Below, piece after piece: positions 53,901-64,000 of a stretch of 64,000 bases of DNA. Source of the stretch: Lingula anatina (Eukaryota > Animalia > Brachiopoda); NCBI GenBank assembly GCA_051362555.1, contig CM120647.1, positions 7,564,001 through 7,628,000 on the forward strand, given 5' to 3'. The first letter of the stretch is position 1. Each line of letters opens with the position of its first letter. The notes under the pieces are model-generated. The model made no database searches. It was not told the DNA's origin and saw nothing but the letters and a program-made list of their open reading frames with translations. A program made the position numbers and the translations under genes.

Positions 53901-54829
53901 AGCTGAGGACAATTGAAAACTATGAGTTATGACGACAATCTGAAAAGGCAAATTAAGGGTCGGTAAGTCGGAGGGAATACTATTAACACTTCGTAAATTT
54001 CGTTACATGTATGAATTTGGCGGGAAAATCCTGGCTAGGAATGATTTCACATTTTCCAATGTCTTTTCTGTGTATTTTTATTCATCCGTGTGAAAACATT
54101 GTACTTTGTACCTTTTTTATTTACATAGCCCATTAAATGAAAGATTTTTTATAAGTAAATGTATTATTTGGAATATGTATATTGTTTTTCTTACATATAA
54201 ATTTTGATAGGTGTTATACATGAATTGCATTACTTACCACAACATTACAAGAGCCAGTAACAAAAATGGCGTCGCCACTGCTATCTTGAGATAGCGCCAG
54301 TCTCGCAGGAAGTAGGCTATTCCTGCAGTAACTGCCCCTCCCCCCGCATAAATGATCGCCAACCCAGTGCCCGCTGCCATTCGTTTGCTGGGACCCACCA
54401 TCTCTAAAGCTGAAACGGGCGATCATGCAGTTAAAGACATCTCTTTTTTCACAGAAATTAAATTGAGCTAAGTTATGAAAACTGTTGTCATAATCAGCCT
54501 ACAAACCTGCACAACGTAAAATCAATATGCTACCTATAACCTGTGCAATTCACTTGCGTTAATTAACCGCATCTCTACTCTGTCAGTTTATAATCATACG
54601 GACAACGTATCAAATGTGCTGTTCAGTTTAATATATGTAAATGCACTGCATTTATTTGAAAGAATAGTTTAAAAACGTACCAAATGTGCTGGATGTTATG
54701 TACAAATTGCCAAAGCCGCTCAAGAACCGCATCCCTACACTCCAGTAGAAGCTTGGTGAAAAGGCCCACGCTATCCCCGCTAACCCACCGACGATCAACC
54801 CAAGAAGCAGTGAAAACTTCCGACCAACA
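50953..54829 (-). CDS. SLC22-family transporter SLC22-B, 3' part only (exons 4-10: 54829-54681, 54409-54238, 53681-53469, 53114-52891, 52441-52257, 51771-51617, 51037-50953); 5' exons not found
   Basis: Exons 5-9 have the same lengths as in SLC22-A (172, 213, 224, 185, 155 nt) and no stops or frameshifts. Motifs VGRK, ESPRWL, EIFPT and LPET; the protein ends ...IMENTAL*. Confidence 0.8.
51183..51544. mobile_element. Kolobok-type MITE in the last intron of SLC22-B
   Basis: Inverted copy of 11014-11348, AGGGATAATAACTCTTCG TIRs, right TTAA intact. Confidence 0.8.
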
Positions 54830-54928
54830 CTGAAAATCAAAATCTATATTTTTCAGATTTTTGATGAAAGTTGAGCAAAATGTTTAATTATTAGTGAAGA
54901 ACATTCATAAATATAAAATCAATAACTT

Positions 54929-55404
54929 CCCAGCAGACATAGTCGCGTTGGATCAACGTTATAAACAGGTTGATACATTAAATTGCCGTTGATCTATCTA
55001 AATTCAACGTAGAATCAACGTTGATCCAGCCACGTCAAAACACCGTCATAATGTGACGTTGACTCAACGTTGTATTTTGGTCATTGACACAACCTTGAGG
55101 ACATGGATTGTAATTTAAAATATTAATTATTGAAAACGTGATACTTTGTTTATCAATACTGTAACTAAATTAATCAAAATAATAGAAATAAGTGTTTTAA
55201 AGTAAAAGTGACAGTTGTTTTGTGTCTTTAGTGAACTAGTGAATTTCCTTAACTTGTTATTCAGAAATACATTCCAATAAACTTCCTTGCAAGGTCAGCT
55301 AACACTAGGATGAATAAGTTGCTGTAAATGTGATTGAGGGAAGTTAATAAAGTTGACAGTTCTCGGTACCCTTTTATAGATAGGTTGAGGTGACTGTGAC
55401 TTTG

Positions 55405-55453
<49 letters not shown>

Positions 55454-55808
55454 TCTAGCCATCAAACATGACCTACTGCTAAACACATCCAGGCTTTTAG
55501 GGTGTTCCATGCTTAGGTGCAAAACATGCTTAGGAGCTAAATGCGTTGAAAAAATCAGACAAAGCAGGCACTTGGATGTTTTTACAGTGCACGTTATAAT
55601 TGTATGCCTGTGTTTTGTACCAAAAATAAAAACATTTCAGGTCATTTTAATGTCTTTTCATGCAAGAATGTTGTCTAACAACTGGGGTTGATACAATGCT
55701 GTTATCTGACGTTGAGTCAACTTTCAAATACAATGTTTATCCAACGTATTATCAGCGTTTTGGTTTAACGTTGTTTCAAAGTTAAAACAACACAATTTGC
55801 CCGCTGGG
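54929..55808. mobile_element. CCCAGC...GCTGGG TIR element (CMC-like MITE)
   Basis: Termini CCCAGCAGACA / TGCCCGCTGGG with many subterminal (T)CAACGTT repeats at both ends. Confidence 0.6.
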
Positions 55809-56886
55809 TAGCAAAATTCTAGTAGCTACCAACAGCTCTTTTAATCTATAACACATCCATCGGATACTGAATAATTTTTACAAGGTCCTTGAACGATTAA
55901 AATGAAACCCAGGACGAATAAAAGGCTCGCTTTTTTCGTCAAAACAAGGTCTAATATCACAGATACCATTGTATTGTTCACTTTCTTATTTCACCAATGG
56001 GTAATTACGACCTATTGCCGTTTAAAATTACTCCGGCACCATCCTGCAATTTCCGTTTTGTTATCCCATGCATATATATAGCAGTTTTGTAATTGCATGA
56101 TAAAACATTTCGACGAGGCGCTAATGTTAGAAGTTACATAAATATAATTACATATGGTGTTTTTAGATCTAAAACATGTTATCCATTTCCTAGTGATTAT
56201 GATAATTTTCAATTTTGGAGAGAGAATTTAAAATGTTGGTTATAAATAAGCTTATTTGGAATAATGTAGTGAATGACCAATTATGTTGTAGTCGTCTTTA
56301 TGTAGACGGCAATCATCTTTGGATAGACTATTTAACAGCAGTACACAGGAGCTGTCTGTATAATCAACTTCGTCATTCTGGGTGGTCATTGTGAAGCAGA
56401 TAAGTCAAGGTAATGTGCTATAAGAAAGGAATTCACTGGGGCAAATCTTCTACCATAAACATTGTTTTTTCATAATTAAATACTATTATTTATCTAAAAT
56501 TAAATCTGTTTTGTAACCAGCTATCCAAAAGCTGCAAATGTAAACGCCACTAGACTTTTTTTTTTTAAAGTAGTTCTATTCTTGAGTTCGCAATATATCC
56601 ACCACGCCAGCAGTGCAAGATGCGTACAGTAAGCTATACTTAATATCACATAGTTGACGAGGCAGCCCGACGAGGTGAGATGTTTTAGGGTACCATCTCG
56701 AAAGGGCATTGCTGATACAAGCAGACTACCCCGGCTCACATGAGACGTGCACGGAATGCATTTTAAAGTATGACATACTGAAAAAAAAAAACAACTTGTC
56801 TACATGTTCGTGCAAAGTCAAATGTGTATATGAAGTTTATTGTGCTTGTTCACTGGTCCACAGGGTTTTTGTACGGATTTGTGTAT

Positions 56887-56917
<31 letters not shown>

Positions 56918-57027
56918 TGCAACGTTAGGAAAACTAAAGTTGAGACGAGGGAAATGGCATTTTGTTTTGCCATAAAATCTATGGCACAGGATTACCCGAA
57001 TGTTTTTGGGTTTTGCTCCTTCAACCT

Positions 57028-57075
<48 letters not shown>

Positions 57076-57217
57076 GTATTTTATTTTATATTATTTTAAG
57101 GGGGGAAGTGGTTGCTCAAAATCTGTCAAATCAAACCTCAGATCCAGACATTTGGCAATGCACTTTTTGTTTCACTCCACTATTTGGTTTGAACAAAACT
57201 CCTCATTTATCCTCAGT

Positions 57218-57722
57218 ATGAAGATTGTGGCCGTGGTGTTAACATTGGTGGTCCTTGTTAGCCTCTCTTCGGCACAGCTGACCTTGTATCCTCGCCCCAA
57301 CAAAACAAGTGGTAAGTATATAACTCTCTTCACTTTCCTTCCTTCCCATTTTTCTCTTTTTACTCTGTCCCACCTACTCCATACTTATCTCTCCCATCTT
57401 TATTAGACTTAAAATGACTATTTAAGGGCTTAATTACAATTAAATTGCAACAAAAAAGACAAAAAAAAATGTGATTTATTTAAAAAATATCTGGGACCTT
57501 TTCTTGTTATAATTCTCTATATTACTTGTTTTAGGTTGTCCAGGAAATCTGGTACTCACTAAACATTGCGACAGGGTTTGTGCCAAAACATGCGCTCAAC
57601 CTGTCCTCGGAATGTGCTATTTCCTGTGTTGGAGAGGTTGCGTTTGCCCCAAGGACCGCCCTATCGTCCTGGATAAGGAAACCTGGACATGCGGAAGGCT
57701 GGCTGACTGTCCTGCACAATAA
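57218..57722 (+). CDS. TIL-1' (protein identical to TIL-1), exons 57218-57311 and 57535-57722
   Basis: Same 93-aa translation, with four synonymous differences in exon 2. Confidence 0.9.
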
Positions 57723-59328
57723 ATTGACACTTTTTGAAAGTTTTGCCCATTTTCTGTAGGATCTAAGGCAAAGCTGTAGATTGAGCGTGGCTCATGATCA
57801 GCAAATACACATTTGAAACTTGTTGGAATCTTTCTTTTGTTGTTGTTGGCGTATCATATGGTTAAATAATGTGAATGATAAAAATTTGATTCGTTTTTGC
57901 GTTTGTTTTATTTCACCATAATAGCTTCCAACGGGGAATAAACACAGATGAAACGTTAACTTTGTCTACATTTTTTAAAATGTATATCATTAAAAAGATT
58001 CTGTTTAGGCAAATTGGTTCGCCTTTTGAACTTCTTATTTGCCAAGCAGCCTACTTGAATAGGGTCGTTTCGGGCGATTATTTGTTTATTTGTTAATGTT
58101 GTTATAGAATTGTCATTTTCATCATAATTTCCTTTTTGTTTAATAGAAAAAACATCTGCCAAAGTTTCGAGAAGTCATTGTTAATTATCTTTTTGAAATA
58201 AACTACCGATAGAACAGGGCTTCTCCGTACGTATCAATAAGAACCTTGCCCTGAATCGTGACAGTTTTATTATTATTATTTATTTACTTATTTATTTTTA
58301 TAAGTTAAAAGTACATAGGATTAATCAACGTAGATTACACAACTTCAAAGCAAATGTAAATTGTTATACCCGGCAAAGGCGGTGACGACGCGTTGGCTAA
58401 GCATTATACTTGTAGCTTCTTACATTAATAGTGGCGCTACAGGGATATTAAAATAATAAATAGTAAAATAAATATTAAAATATCCAGATTAATGCTGACA
58501 TCAATCTTACTGTATTTGTGCCAATGTAACCGAACGGTTGTACAATTGTGTCAGTCACATGAACCGATTACTTACTAGTATAATAAAAAGGACACAAGGA
58601 CTTATTTCTTATATTTGCCATAGCATTTAAATTGATTAAAGGGGTAATTATTGTGTATTTTGACAAAAGAAAAGACTTTTCCTGGAGCAAACGACAATTT
58701 CCCCATACTAACCATGGTAAATGGATCAATGCCGAAATTTAAAGTGAGTCTTTTTTTTTTTTTTTTTTTTTTTATTCTAAAAAGTTTGGATTTTTGGATG
58801 TTTGGAAAATTTGAAAAGTTTGGGTGTAATAATCACTTAAAAGGTTATTACAGAGGGTAGCTATGTGTGGAGATCACGTGGTCTGATGGAAGCATAGATT
58901 CCAGAATAATTGCACTAAATGTCGTTTTGGTGGTAATATTTTTTAATATTTCTAGGAGTTTTTTCCACTTTGTTAATCGTGCAATATGAATATCATACCA
59001 ATAGTTATCCCTAAATTTCAACGAATCTTTGACTGTTTACAAGCGTGTTGCAGAACAGAACGCAGCCATTTTGTAAACTTCGACAAATCATTGGGTAGAG
59101 AGAGACGTTCCTCCATTTTGTTGCATTGGTAAGGGTTAGCCTGGCATAATTGGGTTAAAATCAAGGGCCATTCTTTCCTGTACACGCTTTCCGTCATGGA
59201 GGACTCTCTGTCATGGGGTCACACCTGTGGCAACTCAAAATTAGTTCACCTGAAGAAGACTTTGTCATTTAAGGTCGAAACATCGCGTAACAACGTAAGA
59301 TCTAGTATTAGATTATCTCAGTACAATG

Positions 59329-59384
<56 letters not shown>

Positions 59385-62300
59385 TTACCGTTTTATGTTT
59401 CTCTTGTAGCTGGGGTTCAGTAGTTACTGCTGGAGATAGTGCTCTAACGCCACGGTGCTGACAAGACAAAGTGCAGTAATGACAACACCTGTAGTTTTAC
59501 CATGGCCCAGAAGTGCCACTCTGTGTGTTAGGGTTAATGTGGCATGACACAGTTTTGGCGGGAAGAAGATTGAATGCTGTCTTTTTTTTTTTTTTTTTTT
59601 TTTCTTTTTTTGGGCGCTGTTTTGTTACATGAATAAATTATGCAGATTATTGGACTTTTTCTTGAATAGAAAAAAGCTTATCTTGCTCTGCTGTATAGTG
59701 GTTATATTGCGTACTCAGGATTTGGCATACTTTTCAAAAAAAGTCGATTCTACATTTGCAGCTTATTTATAGTTCCAAAACAGATGTAATTTTAGTTCAG
59801 TTTTACGAAAAAAAGAAAGAAAAAACACTGAAATTCGGGTATTTAACTATGTAAAAGCAATGTATATAGCCTATTGGACTTTTTCTTGAATAGTAAAAAA
59901 GCTTATACGTCCGTTCATTGTGCATTTCAAGGGATAATAGCCTCGTTTTGCTGGAAATATGCCATAAAACAGACTTTCCTCGGGTAAACGACGACTTTCC
60001 CCTTTTTGTCAATGGTTAATAAATCCCTTCCGATCTTTAAAGGTCTATGTGGTCTGTTGGCAAGGACAGATTTCAAAATGATTGCGATAACCGCTGTATT
60101 GGTGGTAAAATGGAATTTGTTATATTTTGTGTGTTGTTTACAAGGTATTTATTGCTAAAATTTGAATCCCATATGAAGAGTTGTTTTCCCTTTATAGTCT
60201 TTTAAGGCGCAGGTGACCCTCGATATCATTTTAAACCGTTTCCATTTTCGAGAGTATCATTTTTGTATATAGATTTTGCTAAAAGAGGTATAAATTAATA
60301 GATACAGGTATTGAAGACAGCTAACCGCACAAAATGTGCCAAATTTTAATAAGTCGTCAGAAATAGGCATAACTCTTTGTCTTTTCGGAACAATGTGTAT
60401 CCTCTAACCAACAGGAGAGCCTATATTACCGGTAGTAAGGCTAATTTGACCCTGACTTTTCTGTAGGGACTGACTTGGTTCTTTAGCAGTATTCACTCGG
60501 GCTGTTCTACCTCTCCTATAACGGTTACAGTCAAGGTCACAAGGGAGTAGATGTCAATTTGACTGCTCTTATTGGCTGGCCAACTGACCACATTGATAGG
60601 GAAATATTTCCAGTCTAAATGTTACAAATCACGGCATATTGGCAAGGTATATGAAGTTACCGGACCCAAAAGTAATTACTTTGGGATATATGGGATTTAA
60701 ATTTATTTATATTTATTTTTCACTCGCAAAATTGAAAAAGCATACAAATTTCCAAGTGTATTTTCCTGCCAGACCTTATAGACTTTTAGCAGACAATACA
60801 AATGTACATTTGCTCTTCGAAACTCTCGGCTCATATCCTATATACCGGTCCAGACTGTATTTATATAACAGCACGAAAGCAAGACACTTATATTAAAACA
60901 GTTGGCAGTTTTACCAGTCTTCCCTAATCGCGAAATTTTATGTCAAAATCTGGAGAAGATCCACCGCTTACTTGTTTTAGGATAAATAAACTGATAACAG
61001 CTCACTTTGCCACTCAGGTGTAACACCTGAATATGCTATATGCTATCATATGACTCTGGGTCACATTTACCTCCACTCAGACCAAAGATACTCAGACCAT
61101 ACTCAGACCAGACAGAGGGAGTAACTCTAGTGTTCTCTCGTCAAAGACTCCACACTAACGTAAGTTTCATTTCAATTTCAAATATTTATTTGATGAGGAC
61201 AATTGTTTTATTTGTAAGGAATATTGTAGGGTATTTTTCGTTTTTTATAAGGTATTTTGTACTGTTTTTTTTTCTAGTGATCAGCAATACTACAGTACAA
61301 TGTGGTGCAGTGCTGTTTTAAAATGAAGACAAAAAAGCCAGTCGCAAAACCTACCCAGATACAGTTATACACGGTCAGTAGTTGGGACTTTTTTTCCAGT
61401 GAGAAAAAATGTTTCAAACTCGGCTTGAGCCTTGAGTGTAGGTTGTTTCATTCCTCATATTTCAATATTTAACTGTGGCATTGTATTTCTCCATACATTG
61501 GTATTAATAAATATACCCCACAAGGGAGTGCAATTAATGTAACATATAACTGTTTGTCTCCAAATGCAATTGTTCAGTAGAAGCTACAAACAGCTATTTT
61601 AACCTATTCACATCCATCGGATACTGAGTAATTTTTACAAGGTCCTTGGACGAATAAAACGAACCCCAGAACGAATAAAACGCTCGCTTTATTTGTCCAA
61701 ACAAGGTTTAATATGCCATTGTATTTTTCAACATCTTATTTCACCAACGGGTAATTACGACCTATTGCCGTATAAAATTACACCGGCACCATCCTGCAAT
61801 TTCCGTATTATTATTCCATGCAAATAGATATGCAATTTCGAAAACGGTGAAACGTTTCGACTCGGCGCTAATATTAGATGTTACATAAATATAATACTAA
61901 TATTTGATGTATCTCGATCAAAAAAAAATGTTACTCATTTCCCGGCGGTTATGTATTTTTTTTTTCAATTTGGAGAGAGAATTTCAATTGTTGGTTCTAA
62001 ATAAGCTAATTTGGAATAATGTAGTGAATGATCAGTTATGTTGTAGTCGACTTAATGTGGACGGTAATCATCTTTGGATAGACTATTTAACAACAGTACT
62101 CTGGAGCTCTCTGTATGATCAACATTGTCATTGTCGCTGGTTATTGTAAAGAAGACAAGTCAAGGTAATGTGGTGTACAAAGGGAAGTCAATGGGCTATA
62201 TACATTGCTTTTTCATAATTCAATACCCGAATTTAAGTGTTTTTTCTTGATTTTTTTCGTAAAACTGAACTAAAATCACACCTGTTTTGGAACTATCAAT

Positions 62301-62969
62301 AAGCTGCAAATGTAGATTCGACTTTCTTTCCTTTTTTTTTTTTTTTTGAAAAGTATGTCTATTCTATATCTACCGTGCCAGCAGCGCAAGATGCGTACAG
62401 TAGGCTATAGTAAATATCACATAGTTGACGAGACAGCCCGACGAGGTGAGATTTCTTCGGGTTCCATCTCAAAGGAGCACTTGCTGATACAAGCAGCTGA
62501 CCCCGGAACGTGTATAGAATGCATTTTGAAGTATGACATGCTGAAAAAAACAACTTTTCTAAATGTTCGTGCAAAAGCAAATTTGCATTTGAGGTTGCAT
62601 TTACTGTTCACTGATTCACAAGGATATTGTACTTGGCCTGGGGGGGGGGAGGGGGAGGGGTAAGACGGAGGCAAATGGCATTTTCTTTTGCCTTAAAAAA
62701 TATGACACAGGAATACCCGAATTGTTTGGTTTGGCTCCTTTTAACCTTTTATTTATTTATTTGTTTGTTAATTATTTTTCTTTGTTTATTTCTTTATTTC
62801 TTTATTCATTTATTTATTTATTTATTTATTTCATTTTACTTTATTTAAAGGGGGGAAGAGATTGCTCAGAAATGGTCAAATCCACCATCAAATCCAGACA
62901 TTTGGCACTGAGCCTCTTTGTTTCACTCTGCTATTTGGGTTTGAGTAAAACTTTTAATTTATCCCCAGT

Positions 62970-63712
62970 ATGAAGATTGTGGCCGTGTTATTAACCTTGG
63001 TTGCCCTTGTTGGCCTCTCTACGGCACGGCTGACCATTTATCCTCACCCTAGCGAAACTGGTGGTAAGTAACTCTCTTGTCTTTCCTTCCCTCCCGTTTT
63101 TCCCTTTCTACCCTGTCTCACTTTCTCCCCACCTCCCGCTATCTTTAGACTGCATTCCCACAGATTTTGATCGATCCATCTAGATCGACCTAACTCCCTG
63201 AGGGTTCACGCTAAATTGCTGTCGGCCGAGCGCACACGAAAGTTAATTACCCCCTTACAGCTTTTAGTAGGCGGGGCAGACATTTAAGCCGGCTAAGCTG
63301 ACAACAATCTGGTGAGACTCCCCACGGGGATAGATTGATTTAAAATCTGTGGGAATGCAGTCTTAGGCTTTCAATGATGATTTGATAGTAAATGTTGCTT
63401 ACCAAAGAGTTGAATTTCAATTTAATCACAATAACAAAGATAATCTAAATAATTAGACTTAAAATATAGTTATCTGAAAGCATTTTCTTGTGATAATTAT
63501 CTATATTACTTCTTTTAGATTGTCCAGGCAATCTGGTACTCACTAAACGAGAAGGTTGCGACACGGTTTGTGCTAAAACCTGCGCTCAACCTGTCGTCGG
63601 AATTTGCTATTTTCTGTGCTGGCGAGGTTGCGTTTGCCCCGAGGACCGCCCCATTGTCCTCGATGAGAAAAACTGGACATGCGGCAAGTTGGCTGACTGT
63701 CCCGCACAATAA
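62970..63712 (+). CDS. TIL-2' (95 aa, 4 substitutions versus TIL-2), exons 62970-63063 and 63519-63712
   Basis: Spliced product MKIVAVLLTLVALVGLSTARLTIYPHPSETG|DCPGNLVLTKREGCDTVCAKTCAQPVVGICYFLCWRGCVCPEDRPIVLDEKNWTCGKLADCPAQ*. Confidence 0.9.
63148..63362. mobile_element. MITE in the TIL-2' intron, TTA on both sides
   Basis: TTA|GACTGCATTCCCACAGAT...ATCTGTGGGAATGCAGTC|TTA; about 28 bp longer internally than the 6406-6592 copy. Confidence 0.7.
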
Positions 63713-64000
63713 ATTGATATTTGTTTGAAAGTTTTTCCCATTTTATGTAGAGTCTAAGCCAAAGCTGTAGTTTTTTTGTGTGGCTCATGCTCAGCAAATA
63801 TACATTTGAATCTTGTTGGAATCTTTCCTTGTTGTTGTTTTCGTATCATATGGTTAACTAATGTGAAAGATAAAAATCTGATTGATTTTTGCTTTTGTTT
63901 TATTTCACCAAAATAGCTTTCCAACGGGCAAATACTACATATAAAAGGTTAACTTTGTCTATATTTTAAAGATTCTGTTTAGGCATACTAATTCGCTTTT

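Larger units (their letters stand above)
56696..64000 (+). repeat. Copy 2 of the large direct repeat (copy 1 at 1-7240); probably extends beyond both window edges
   Basis: Colinear and near-identical to the start of the window. Confidence 0.95.

Noticed and set aside
56840-57406. 188-aa ORF extending upstream of the TIL-1' signal peptide
   Set aside because: It reads through intronic microsatellites, the frame is not conserved in copy 1, and the real start follows a cag acceptor at 57216.

Overview
AT-rich, intron-containing animal genomic DNA (probably a marine invertebrate such as a mollusc or other lophotrochozoan; this is inferred from the SLC22 extracellular-loop style and the repeat types, not proven). 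Spliced gene models were assembled by hand from GT-AG sites. The window holds five small secreted 10-Cys TIL-domain protease-inhibitor genes (503-1010+, 6228-6948+, 23366-23930-, 57218-57722+, 62970-63712+), two tandem SLC16/MCT-type transporter genes (13969-18194+, 28471-32928+), one complete 10-exon SLC22 transporter gene (33814-40832-), a tandem partial duplicate of its 5' end (exons 1, 2 and 4; 42199-44081-), and a second SLC22 gene with intact exons 4-10 but no visible exons 1-3 (50953-54829-). Positions 1-~7240 recur almost identically at 56696-64000, a direct repeat about 56.7 kb apart (segmental duplication or haplotype artefact). The rest is Tc1/mariner, Kolobok-, CMC- and PIF-type MITEs, a nested 2.2-kb foldback element, an L2-like LINE end and microsatellites. 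The most interesting signals are: three neighbouring transporters ending in NHERF/PDZK1-type PDZ ligands (DTRL, NSLL, NTAL); a TA|GTAAGT donor that becomes a stop codon if the intron is retained; a neutral residue at the SLC22 charge-selectivity position; possible alternative 5' exons for the SLC22 extracellular loop; and a Phe versus Arg P1 switch among the TIL inhibitors. No prokaryotic system, CRISPR array or RNA gene was recognised.
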